In this document: positions 32,294 through 41,410 of the stretch, in pieces
Layout of the letters: every line of letters starts with the position of its first letter
How positions within the stretch are numbered: position 1 is the stretch's first letter
NCBI GenBank assembly: GCA_046290385.1
Contig: JBKAGM010000005.1
Span: forward strand, 1,539-65,538
DNA length: 64,000 bases
Direction of reading: 5' to 3'
Source of the DNA: Gammaproteobacteria bacterium
GTDB lineage: Bacteria > Pseudomonadota > Gammaproteobacteria > JAGOUN01
Position numbers and translations under genes: made by a program
Notes under the pieces: generated by a model
Seen by the model: the letters and a program-made list of their open reading frames with translations, nothing else
Database searches by the model: none
Told to the model about the DNA's origin: nothing

Positions 32294-32434
32294 AGGGATG
32301 TGTGTTTCATTTAACTTTTCGTTATTTTGCTATTCTTTACATGGCTTGGTCAATCCTATAGTATTTCAACCTTATATTAATAGGGTTAGAAGATTAAAAA
32401 AATGAATGTGTGATGCGTTTGAAAAATCGTTTCA

Positions 32435-32544
32435 GGGGCTCTTCCATTCTACGACTGTCATCCCGAAGTTTGTCCGCGGGATCTCTAAAAATCAATAACC
32501 TATTGTTGTTGATTTTTAGCAAAGAGACAGTTCGCAACACTTCC
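32435..32544 (+). mobile_element. MITE family A, full-length degenerate copy
   Basis: ggggctcttccattctacgactgtcatcccg...gatctctaaaaatcaataacc...gttcgcaacacttcc. Confidence 0.75.
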
Positions 32545-32688
32545 TTTCAGTAAGATGAAAGGGTAAAGTGCTTATTAGTGCCGTTTTTGAAGAACTTTTC
32601 AAGAGCGCTCAAGAGCATAAAGGTCTCATATGCAGGCAAGCTAAAACCTGAAAATATCCATAGCGAGCTTTTAGGTTCAAGGAGATAA

Positions 32689-33504
32689 ATGATGGATCCA
32701 TTTTATAAGGCTTTTGAAGACAAGTTTAGAGGTTCGCGAGATTTAATTTTGTCAAGGCAAGAAGTTTATTTGCCTTTCTTGATGCCAATTGCAGAAAAGC
32801 ACCGCGATGCTTCAGCCGTTGATTTGGGCTGTGGTCGAGGTGAGTGGTTGGAGTTACTTAAAAACAATAATATTCATGGTAGAGGTGTTGATACTGATGA
32901 GGCGATGGTCCAGTGCTGTCGTGAGATGGGCTTTGAAGTTTCACATCAGGACGGAGTTGAGTATCTTCGAAGCTTAGAAGATAACAGCCAGATTTGTGTT
33001 TCTGCTTTTCATGTCGTTGAACATATACCATTTGAGATGCTGCAAAGTTTGGTTCAAGAAGCGAAGAGAGTATTAAAGCCAGGCGGGCTGCTGATTTTAG
33101 AAACTCCAAATCCCGAAAATATTACTGTGGGCACCTCTCAATTTTATCTCGATCCAACACATATTAAACCGATACCACCTCAACTTTTGGCTTTTTTGCC
33201 AGAGTACTATGGCTATACAAAAGTTAAGACGATGCGTTTGCAGGAGAGCTTGAGTTTGAATGAATATACGCAAATTAATCTCTTTGATGTTTTAAGTGGA
33301 GTAAGTCCAGACTATGCTGTTGTCGCACAAAAGGATGCTGATCCAAATCTTTTGGGATTAAACGATGCGGCATTTAAAAAAGAGTATGGCGTATCTCTAG
33401 AGAAAATTTCTAAGAGATACGCTAGACAACAAGAGGGCGCTGTCCCTCTATTTAGAAGAGTCGTGTCTAAATTAGCACGGTCTTTTTGTAAGAAAATAAA
33501 ATAA
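32689..33504 (+). CDS. SAM-dependent methyltransferase, O-antigen terminator-like
   Basis: FYKAFEDKFRGSR, DLGCGRGE, FHVVEH, LETPNPEN, YLDPTH; basic amphipathic C-terminus. Confidence 0.8.
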   Translation: MMDPFYKAFEDKFRGSRDLILSRQEVYLPFLMPIAEKHRDASAVDLGCGRGEWLELLKNNNIHGRGVDTDEAMVQCCREMGFEVSHQDGVEYLRSLEDNSQICVSAFHVVEHIPFEMLQSLVQEAKRVLKPGGLLILETPNPENITVGTSQFYLDPTHIKPIPPQLLAFLPEYYGYTKVKTMRLQESLSLNEYTQINLFDVLSGVSPDYAVVAQKDADPNLLGLNDAAFKKEYGVSLEKISKRYARQQEGAVPLFRRVVSKLARSFCKKIK

Positions 33505-33606
33505 ATATCTCTTATTGTGTATCTTGTATGAATGCTGAATATTTGTTTGCTTTACAATGTCCCATACTATAATATTTGTCTCAGATAAATTTAGAGGGTT
33601 TACAAC

Positions 33607-34641
33607 ATGAAAAACGCTGTTGTTACAGGTATCACAGGACAAGATGGTGCATACCTTTCAAAATATCTGCTCGATAAGGGCTACCAAGTCTATGGCACTT
33701 ATCGCCGAACAAGTTCTGTAAATTTTTGGCGGTTGCAAGAGTTGGGCGTTGATAGCCATCCTAATTTGCATCTCGTTGAGTATGACCTAACGGATTTGAG
33801 TGCGAGTATTCGTTTGTTAGAAACAGCTGAACCAAGTGAAGTTTATAACTTGGCAGCGCAAAGTTTTGTGAAAGTCTCTTTTGAACAGCCGTTAACAACA
33901 GCAAAAATCACAGGTTTAGGCGCGGTGAATTTATTAGAGGCGATTCGTATAGTCAACCCGAATATTCGTTTTTATCAGGCATCGACTTCTGAGATGTATG
34001 GCTTGGTGCAGTCGGTTCCCCAAACTGAAGAAACACCGTTTTATCCGCGTAGTCCATATGGTGTAGCAAAGCTTTATGCGCATTGGATGGCCGTTAATTA
34101 TCGCGAATCGTATGATATTTTTGCTGCATCCGGTGTTTTATTTAATCATGAATCTCCATTGAGAGGATTAGAGTTTGTTACTCGAAAAATTACCGACGGT
34201 ATTGCAAAAATCAAATTAGGTCGTTTAACTACCTTAGAAATGGGGAACTTAGATGCAAAACGAGATTGGGGTTTTGCTAAAGATTACGTTGAAGGAATGT
34301 ATCAAATGCTTCAGGTTGATGAGCCTGATACTTATGTCCTTGCAACAAATCGTACGACGACGGTAAGAGATTTTGTTAGCATGGCTGCTAAAGTAGCGGG
34401 TATTGAAATCTCGTGGCAAGGCGAAGGCGTGGATGAGAAAGGTGTCGATAAGTGTTCTGGTAAAACAATAATAAGCATTAATCCAAAATATTATCGGCCA
34501 GCCGAAGTGGATTTGCTCATTGGAGATTATCAAAAGGCTAAAGAAAAATTAGGCTGGGAGCCAAAGACAAATTTAGAGCAGTTATGTCAAATGATGGTTG
34601 AAGCAGATCTAGAGCGTAACGAAAAGTCTTTTGTGTTTTAG
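33607..34641 (+). CDS. gmd: GDP-mannose 4,6-dehydratase
   Basis: [36 protein letters not shown]. Confidence 0.97.
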   Translation: MKNAVVTGITGQDGAYLSKYLLDKGYQVYGTYRRTSSVNFWRLQELGVDSHPNLHLVEYDLTDLSASIRLLETAEPSEVYNLAAQSFVKVSFEQPLTTAKITGLGAVNLLEAIRIVNPNIRFYQASTSEMYGLVQSVPQTEETPFYPRSPYGVAKLYAHWMAVNYRESYDIFAASGVLFNHESPLRGLEFVTRKITDGIAKIKLGRLTTLEMGNLDAKRDWGFAKDYVEGMYQMLQVDEPDTYVLATNRTTTVRDFVSMAAKVAGIEISWQGEGVDEKGVDKCSGKTIISINPKYYRPAEVDLLIGDYQKAKEKLGWEPKTNLEQLCQMMVEADLERNEKSFVF

Positions 34642-34658
34642 TGGAGTGAATCCATAAT

Positions 34659-34733
34659 GAGACTCTTGCATTCTAGGAGTGTCATCCCGCGGTTTATCCG
34701 CGGGATCTCTAAAAGTCAATCTGCAGCACTCTC
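34659..34733 (+). mobile_element. MITE family A, short (75 bp) variant between gmd and the reductase
   Basis: gagactcttgcattct ... gtcatcccgcggtttatccgcgggatctc ... tgcagcactctc. Confidence 0.75.
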
Positions 34734-34764
34734 TTCATGTAATAATGTTAAAGAAAGGTGATCC

Positions 34765-35652
34765 GTGACAAAAAAACTATTAATTACAGGGAGGGATGGT
34801 TTTACAGGTCAATATCTTTCTCAAGCGCTTGCTGAAAAAGGTTATGACGTTTGTGGGTTGTCAAGAAACCCTAAAGCGGGTACCAGCTATAGTTGCGATC
34901 TTCTTGATAAGTCAGCGGTAACAAGTGTCGTCAATCAAATTCAACCAGATTATGTGATTCATTTAGCTGCGATTTCATTTGCGGCGCATGATGATATCAA
35001 TGTCATTTATAATGTTAATGTTTTAGGTGCGCTCAATATTATTGATGCGCTTGCTTCGCTGAAAACGCCTCCAAAGAGAGTTATTGTTGCCAGTTCAGCG
35101 CATGTTTATGGTAGTCAATCTCAAAGTGTGCTTGATGAGTCGCTTTGTCCGAATCCACTAAGTCATTATGCAACGAGCAAGTTGGCGATGGAGTTTATGC
35201 TGCGTCAATGGTTTGATCGTTTACCGATAGTCATCACACGCCCCTTTAATTATACAGGGCCCGGGCAGGATAAAAATTTTTTGGTGCCTAAAATTGTTAG
35301 CCACTTTAAAAAACAAGCCCCAACTATTTCCTTGGGAAATATTGATGTTGTGCGTGAATTTTTTGATGTGCGTAGCGTAATAGATTGCTATTGTCGGTTG
35401 CTTGACGCTGATAATGTTGAATCGCAAGTCTTTAATTTATGCTCAGGTACGGGATGCTCTGTTCGTGATATTGTTGATTGTTTAACATCTATTTCTGGGC
35501 ATCAAATACAGATTAAGCAAGATCCAGCATTGATGCGTTCAGGCGAAATGAAAAAGCTCATTGGATCAAACGAGAAGTTTGTGAAACACGTCGGACAGCC
35601 ACTGACTTACTCGCTCGAAGAAACGTTGTTGAATATGCTGAATGCTTCATGA
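34765..35652 (+). CDS. rmd: GDP-4-keto-6-deoxy-D-mannose reductase (Rmd type; Tld cannot be excluded)
   Basis: Extended SDR next to gmd: ITGRDGFTG, HLAAIS, YATSK, RPFNYTGPGQ. Confidence 0.7.
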   Translation: MTKKLLITGRDGFTGQYLSQALAEKGYDVCGLSRNPKAGTSYSCDLLDKSAVTSVVNQIQPDYVIHLAAISFAAHDDINVIYNVNVLGALNIIDALASLKTPPKRVIVASSAHVYGSQSQSVLDESLCPNPLSHYATSKLAMEFMLRQWFDRLPIVITRPFNYTGPGQDKNFLVPKIVSHFKKQAPTISLGNIDVVREFFDVRSVIDCYCRLLDADNVESQVFNLCSGTGCSVRDIVDCLTSISGHQIQIKQDPALMRSGEMKKLIGSNEKFVKHVGQPLTYSLEETLLNMLNAS

Positions 35653-36151
35653 GCATAAACAGTTTATTTAACATGATTAATTGGATTGTTTCAACGCCAG
35701 TATCATTCACCAAATGATTTCGCGTCAGTGTTTTTTGCAGTAGTTCAATGGACTGTTGGAGTTCTCTAGCACCGCGTTCAGCGAGGCGTTTTTCATTCAG
35801 GGTATATCCTTTGATAATATGTTTTTTTAGTACTGATGTTGCCCATTGTCTGAATTCAGTACCATGCTTCGAGTGCACACGGTACCCCACTGAAATAATG
35901 ACATCCAAATTATAGTGTTTTGTATCGTAAGTTTTACCATCATTGGCAGTTATCCGGAAATTCCGGATAACTGAATCTTCAACCAGCTCGCCTTCTTTGA
36001 AGATATTATTGATGTGTTCCGAGATAGTTCTGATATTTTTATTAAATAAATCAGAGAGTTGCTTTTGAGTGAGCCAGACGGTTTCCTCAGACAAACTGAC
36101 CTTTAGTTCGATATGCCCATCTTTGGCTTTATATATGATAATTTCTGACAT
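35558..36151 (-). pseudogene. rhuM: RhuM-family (virulence_RhuM) protein, probably 3'-truncated
   Basis: ETVWLTQKQ, ISEHINNIFKEGEL, YNLDVIISVGYRV, FRQWAT, GYTLNEKRL; the tail after ~35670 runs antisense into rmd. Confidence 0.75.
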
Positions 36152-36437
36152 AAAATATTTGTCCTTTGGTCAAATTAACGCTCTATCCTACCATAAAAAA
36201 ATATATTCTATTGATATTGCACCTTGTTTGGATATATCAAGAGCAATGTAAAAAATGGCGTGCGAGTGGCCCTAGCATCCCATAAAAAGACAGTATTTTA
36301 GAAATAGAAAATAATGCAGCAACATTTTAAAAACAGTCCGCAGGGAATGAGTTGCATGATTATGCAATGCAATCTCTTCTTTTCAATACATGACAGATTA
36401 AAATATTTGTTTTTAGGGGTGACTAATTCGTGGCATA

Positions 36438-37184
36438 TCACTTGTGCTTTTGAAGCGCTTCGTCCAACCCAACCTCTAACTCATTCAAACACATCACGCG
36501 TTCGCATGCCATGAGGATGCCTGGAGCGAAAGCGTCGCGGTTTAAGGTGTCGTGGCGGATGGTGAGGGTTTCGCCGTGGTTGCCAAAGATGACATGCTGG
36601 TGAGCGATGAGTCCTGGGAGTCGCACAGAGTGAATCGGGATGTTGTAATGTGTCGCGCCTCTCGCGCCTTTTAAGGTTTCTTTGCCCGGTTTGGCTGTTT
36701 TGGAATTCGTTTTTGCTTTGTTGATGTTTTCCGCTGTTTGTATGGCCGTGCCTGATGGGCTGTCCAGTTTGCCGTCATGGTGCATTTCGATAATTTCAAC
36801 ATCAGGAAAATATTTTGCCAATGTTGCAGCGGTTTGCATCATGAGCACTGCGCCTAATGAGAAATTCGGGACGATCATGCCGCCTTGTTTTTTTTCGGCG
36901 AGTGATTTGGAGATGATTTGCATTTGCTCTTCGGTCAACCCGCTTGCGCCGACGATAGGGCGCACACCGGCTGCGATGATGGTCTTTGTGTTTTCAAATA
37001 CGGCATCAGCGTTGGTTAATTCAATGGCAATGTCAGGTTGTGTTTCGGCAAGTGTTTTGGCCAAATCATTTTCACGGGTGCATTGGGCGACAAGCTCGAA
37101 GTGATTCGAGTTTTCAATCGCTTTGCAGGCGAGCTGGCCCATTTTGCCTTGAGCGCCATTGACTAATATTCGTAGTTTTTTCAT
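36438..37184 (-). CDS. dapB: 4-hydroxy-tetrahydrodipicolinate reductase
   Basis: GAQGKMG, PNFSLG, EMHHDGKLDSPSGTA. Confidence 0.95.
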   Translation of the reverse strand: MKKLRILVNGAQGKMGQLACKAIENSNHFELVAQCTRENDLAKTLAETQPDIAIELTNADAVFENTKTIIAAGVRPIVGASGLTEEQMQIISKSLAEKKQGGMIVPNFSLGAVLMMQTAATLAKYFPDVEIIEMHHDGKLDSPSGTAIQTAENINKAKTNSKTAKPGKETLKGARGATHYNIPIHSVRLPGLIAHQHVIFGNHGETLTIRHDTLNRDAFAPGILMACERVMCLNELEVGLDEALQKHK

Positions 37185-37280
37185 ACTCTGATATCATATC
37201 AGGATATGAAGACTAAACAAACCATGTAGAAGTTTTGTAGATGATGGTTTTAAGTGTTAACAATTCCATGAGGTAAAACC

Positions 37281-38042
37281 GTGACTGAAATTAGTAATAA
37301 TAATACCAGCACATCTCTCCTTGCCGCTATGTCTCCGTTATCAATGAGAGCGCTAATCGAGCAAGGTTTGTTTGCTATGGTTGAGGCGCGTTTGCAAGAA
37401 GATTATCCTATTAATGAATGGATGTCAGAAGACGAGTTGTATCCTCATATGACACCTATTCATTTTGCTGCATTTGTAGGGGCGCATGACATTTTACGGT
37501 TGTTTATTCTATGTGGTGCTGAAGTCAATGCCAAGGTGCAAGATGGAAATGAAACGCCATTATATTTTGCGATGGAAGAAAAACATTATAGCTCGGCTAC
37601 AGTTTTGTTAAGAGTTGGGGCTGTTTTGCCAGATCAAACTATGGCTTATTTGAATAGGAATAAGCAAGACTTGTTTAATCAGCTTGCACTGTGTGGTGAG
37701 CTTGATTGGATTCGTTTTTCTATCGAGTTATTAGGATTGAGTCCTGAAGATGTTGATTGGTTAGAATGGTCGAAGGTTGCAATAGAAAATAGCCAGTATG
37801 AGCTAGTTGAGTTTTTATATGAAGAACTTGCTCCGCAACAGGGGGTGCAAATGTCTCGAGACTTAAGTCAACTCCCAGTTATTGATGGAAAAGATTGGTT
37901 GATGTGGGCTGCTTCCGAAAATGATTTTGAGCTTGTAAAAACGCTTATTGAAGTCGTAAAAGTATTGTATTACTCGGATATGAACCAAATACGTACGCCT
38001 GATACCGACGATACGCCGATCTATTGGGCGATTCATCCTTAG
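37281..38042 (+). CDS. Ankyrin-repeat protein, possibly truncated
   Basis: TPIHFAA..G..DILRLFILCGAEVN, ETPLYFA, LMWAA, TPIYWA. Confidence 0.82.
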   Translation: MTEISNNNTSTSLLAAMSPLSMRALIEQGLFAMVEARLQEDYPINEWMSEDELYPHMTPIHFAAFVGAHDILRLFILCGAEVNAKVQDGNETPLYFAMEEKHYSSATVLLRVGAVLPDQTMAYLNRNKQDLFNQLALCGELDWIRFSIELLGLSPEDVDWLEWSKVAIENSQYELVEFLYEELAPQQGVQMSRDLSQLPVIDGKDWLMWAASENDFELVKTLIEVVKVLYYSDMNQIRTPDTDDTPIYWAIHP

Positions 38043-38097
38043 TTTCAGAAGGTGCTTACATTTGCTAAAGTGGTATGCAGATTAAAAACAATTGATG

Positions 38098-39516
38098 TCA
38101 GGTTTTAAGTCTGTTGCGGTTATTCTTGTCCAGAGTTTGAGATGGGAATTCCTCTTGAAGAGCATTAGCTTTATTTTTCGGACTTAGCTGATCCCATGTT
38201 GTGTTATTCTCTCTTTTTTTAGTTACAATTTCTTTTATTTTGTCATGAATTGCTTTCGAAGATGCTTTTCTTCGATCAAAAAACCCCATGCCTTTACCAA
38301 AATATTGCACTTCAGAACGTGCTAGAGCAATAGCGACGATGGCATCCATTTTTTGCTCGGGCTCCAGAGTGCTTTCAATCACGAGTTTAATCATCGCTTC
38401 CGTTTCTGATCGTGGATTAACTTTCACTTGATTATGCAATCCGGTAAGGCTCTCGGGGACGCTGCCTTTCTGCGTGCCGAGCAAACTTTCCAATCCTGCT
38501 CTATCTTTGTTTGCAGCATAATAAGTGATTAATGCATTACGCAGAGGCGCATCTTTAATAAATGCATCAGGGGTTGAGTATGTATGACCCTTTAAATAGT
38601 CATCGATATTGGCTTGTGTTGCTTCATCCCGGTCAGCAAATCCTATGCCACAATGTAGCGTGTTTCTTGAGAACAAGTACAAATTCTTTCTTTCATCAGG
38701 TGATTTGGTGTCTCGCATCTTTTGCGCGACTTTGAGTGCAATATATGAGGACAAGCCTGACGAAGTCATCCTTAAAAGCTCAACTGTTGTTGGGCCACTG
38801 TTTGCGTTTTTTTTCAATTCTTGTATAACAGATTCAGCATAAATCACACGCTTGGCAAATGATAAGCTAATTTTCGTGTTTGATTCTAATTCTCTTCGCA
38901 AAAGGCTGGCATGAATCGCAATGGCTCGATCATTTCCTGGAAGTGTGCCATTATTAAAAAAATGATCAACCTCATTAACATGCCGGTTTGTTTTTTGCTG
39001 CTCATCCGATTTTTCTTCTTCATCGCTATCGACTGAACTAAGAATGGCTTCAACAACATCCTTTACATTTAGATTTTCATCCGCTGGTTTTGAAAAATCA
39101 ACAGTTTCTTTAAATCCGAGATGGGAGCCAAATTTATCGTGCAAATGCTTGGCTAATAAATATCTCGTATCTCTATTATTAGCTCCGGTTATTGCAATGA
39201 TTAGGATTAATTCAAGATAAGTATTGTAGGCGTTAGGAGATTCATCTTGTAAACTTTTTAATGCCTTATCGTTGAAGTAGGCGTTATCCTCTTTGATTTT
39301 GTCGACGAGATTTTCACTAATATAGATTTTATCGCCTTGCCCTGTAAATGCATCACCTTTGATAATTTCGCGTCTTAGTTGTGCGGCAGTCAAGTGTAGC
39401 GCTGCGCCCTTATGTGGCAATGTTCCAGCTTCTAAAAAATCAGCATATTCGGAGCCGCTTGAAGCTTCTTCGATTTGCTTGCCATCGTTTTTTCTGTCTT
39501 GATTTTCAGTGGTCAT
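38098..39516 (-). CDS. Hypothetical protein with internal duplication, candidate effector
   Basis: 472-aa ORF with GGGG SD; repeated GTLP...LRRE...GF unit. Confidence 0.8.
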   Translation of the reverse strand: MTTENQDRKNDGKQIEEASSGSEYADFLEAGTLPHKGAALHLTAAQLRREIIKGDAFTGQGDKIYISENLVDKIKEDNAYFNDKALKSLQDESPNAYNTYLELILIIAITGANNRDTRYLLAKHLHDKFGSHLGFKETVDFSKPADENLNVKDVVEAILSSVDSDEEEKSDEQQKTNRHVNEVDHFFNNGTLPGNDRAIAIHASLLRRELESNTKISLSFAKRVIYAESVIQELKKNANSGPTTVELLRMTSSGLSSYIALKVAQKMRDTKSPDERKNLYLFSRNTLHCGIGFADRDEATQANIDDYLKGHTYSTPDAFIKDAPLRNALITYYAANKDRAGLESLLGTQKGSVPESLTGLHNQVKVNPRSETEAMIKLVIESTLEPEQKMDAIVAIALARSEVQYFGKGMGFFDRRKASSKAIHDKIKEIVTKKRENNTTWDQLSPKNKANALQEEFPSQTLDKNNRNRLKT

Positions 39517-39582
39517 TGATGCCCCCTTTTTTTATTTTAGACCATCATAAAGTCAATCGGGGGTAAAGTATGCATTAGGATT

Positions 39583-39598
39583 GTAAATGATTTGTAAA
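39583..39598 (+). promoter_or_regulatory. CpxR-like box GTAAA-N6-GTAAA
   Basis: gtaaa tgattt gtaaa, 67 nt upstream of the 472-aa gene start, on the opposite strand. Confidence 0.45.
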
Positions 39599-39733
39599 GT
39601 TATAAAGTGCTGCTTGGATTTTAGGCTAACTCTTTGATCAATAGTGTCTTTTTAGGGCTCACGATGATATTTAATCTCCGCATAATTTGCGGAGATTGTA
39701 GGTGCTATTCTCCGCAACTTTCACCCCTTCGTC

Positions 39734-39768
39734 CGTCATTGCTAGCGCCGGAAGGGCGAAGCAATCCA
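39734..39768 (+). repeat. CGTC-tagged REP-like unit (cgtcattgc...gaagcaatc family)
   Basis: cgtcattgctagcgccggaagggcgaagcaatcca; matches units at 41018, 41234 and 63759. Confidence 0.7.
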
Positions 39769-39839
39769 TGTTGGCAGTTCTAGAAGTTTATGCGAGAATA
39801 AGTATTTGAACCATAAAAGATTTTTAGGGGCGTGATTTT

Positions 39840-40895
39840 TTGACCAAAGCATCTTTGCAGGAAAAAACACTCATTCGAGCGCGTTCGCCGTTGCGTCTAG
39901 GTTTGGCGGGCGGTGGTACGGATGTCTCACCTTATTGCGATGAGTATGGTGGCCGGGTGGTTAATATCACTATCGATATGTATGTGCATACTTTGCTAGA
40001 GCTCGCCAGCACGCCAGTCGTGCATTTTTCGGCGGTTGATCGATGTTGCCAGCAGACGTTTAAGCTTGAATATCCTTTGCCAATCGATATTGGCATGCCG
40101 ATACATGCATGCGTTTATAATGTAATGATGTCGCGTTTTAATGAAGGGCAACCAATACCCATTCATATGACGACGTATTCCGAAGCGCCATTTTCATCCG
40201 GTTTGGGTGCATCTTCTGCGCTCGTGGTGTCGATGGTGCAAGCTTATAATGAGTTGTTGCAGTTAGGTTTATGTAAAGCTGAACTTGCAGAATTAGCCAT
40301 CGATATTGAGCGCCATCACTTAAATTTACTTGGAGGCAAACAAGATCAATACGCGAGTGCCTTTGGCGGGTTAAATTGTTTTGAATTCAAAAAAAATGGA
40401 GACACCAGTGTTCACCCTTTAAGTTTTAGCGAGCACCATCAAAGTGCTTTGGAGTCATCACTTATCTTGTATTATACGCGTAAAGCTCGACATGCAAATA
40501 AAATTATGTCAGAACAGCGCTTAAATATTTCAAAGCATTTAAAATCTGCGTTAGATGCATTGGATCATCTTAAGCAAAGCGCGCAAGCTATTCAGCCGTT
40601 GTTGGAAAATGCTGATATTGCTGCAATGGGTGCATTATTGGATGAAACATGGCAATACAAAAAACAATTGGCGCATGATATTACGACGCCTGAAATCAAT
40701 CAAATTTATAACACGGCAAAACAAGTGGGCGCTTATGGCGGTAAAGTCTCAGGTGCTGGCGGCGGTGGCTTTATGATGTTTTTAGTTGACCCAACTAAGC
40801 GTGCATCGGTAACTGAAAAATTAAATGCCTTAGGCGGTGTTGTTAAGCCTTGTCATTTCACCAAAGATGCAACTGATAGTTGGCGTGTGTTTTGA
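39840..40895 (+). CDS. hddA: GHMP kinase, D-glycero-alpha-D-manno-heptose-7-phosphate kinase-like
   Basis: SPLRLGLAGGGTD, SSGLGASSA, GKQDQYA, KVSGAGGGG. Confidence 0.8.
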   Translation: MTKASLQEKTLIRARSPLRLGLAGGGTDVSPYCDEYGGRVVNITIDMYVHTLLELASTPVVHFSAVDRCCQQTFKLEYPLPIDIGMPIHACVYNVMMSRFNEGQPIPIHMTTYSEAPFSSGLGASSALVVSMVQAYNELLQLGLCKAELAELAIDIERHHLNLLGGKQDQYASAFGGLNCFEFKKNGDTSVHPLSFSEHHQSALESSLILYYTRKARHANKIMSEQRLNISKHLKSALDALDHLKQSAQAIQPLLENADIAAMGALLDETWQYKKQLAHDITTPEINQIYNTAKQVGAYGGKVSGAGGGGFMMFLVDPTKRASVTEKLNALGGVVKPCHFTKDATDSWRVF

Positions 40896-40906
40896 TTCAG
40901 AAAAAT

Positions 40907-40985
40907 AGTGTGTTGCAGACTCGTTTTTTTATAGGTCCAGAGGCTTGTCCGCACGATCTATAAAAAGTCCGTTTGTAACACTCCC
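40907..40985. repeat. Degenerate, symmetric MITE family A derivative
   Basis: gtgttgcagactcg-T-rich-ataggtcc ... gatctataaaaagtccgtttgtaacactccc. Confidence 0.5.
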
Positions 40986-41017
40986 TGAAAAACATCATGC
41001 TTACCCTCACTCTCGGC

Positions 41018-41410
41018 CGTCATTGCGAGAAAGATTTGCGTAGCAAATCTGAGGAAGCAATCAAGTCGAAATCGAATTGCGTAACACAGCATTAAGGAGA
41101 TTCCTCGGCTTCGCCTCGGAATGACAGCATTTCTGTTTTGTCATCCCAGCTTAAATCACGCTATGTTCACATCAGCCTACGGCTCATCATGGTGACTTAC
41201 GGCGTGCCGAAGAAACTTCTATTCCCCTGTGGGCGTCATTGCGAGAAAGATTTGCGTAGCAAATCTGACGAAGCAATCAAGTCGAAATCGAATGACGGAA
41301 CCATTAATAGCCTGTGGTGTTTGGTTACTCAATTTTGACTTGATTGCTTCGGTCCTTTAGGCCTTGCAATGACGGCTGTAGGGGGGCATTTTGATTTATG
41401 CAACAACGCC
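41018..41410. repeat. Composite REP-like cluster: two 60-bp direct repeats with inverted partners and an IS903-like terminal repeat
   Basis: 41018-41077 vs 41234-41293 identical at 59/60; inverted partners end at 41125 and 41374; gatttatgcaacaacgcc at 41393-41410. Confidence 0.75.

Noticed and set aside
36314-36514. 66-aa ORF and ttgcatgattatgcaa palindrome between rhuM and dapB
   Set aside because: No motifs, overlaps the dapB end; a short palindrome is expected by chance in AT-rich DNA
41018-41293. 60-bp direct repeats as CRISPR or attL/attR
   Set aside because: Two copies 216 bp apart belonging to a dispersed REP-like family; no integrase or cargo
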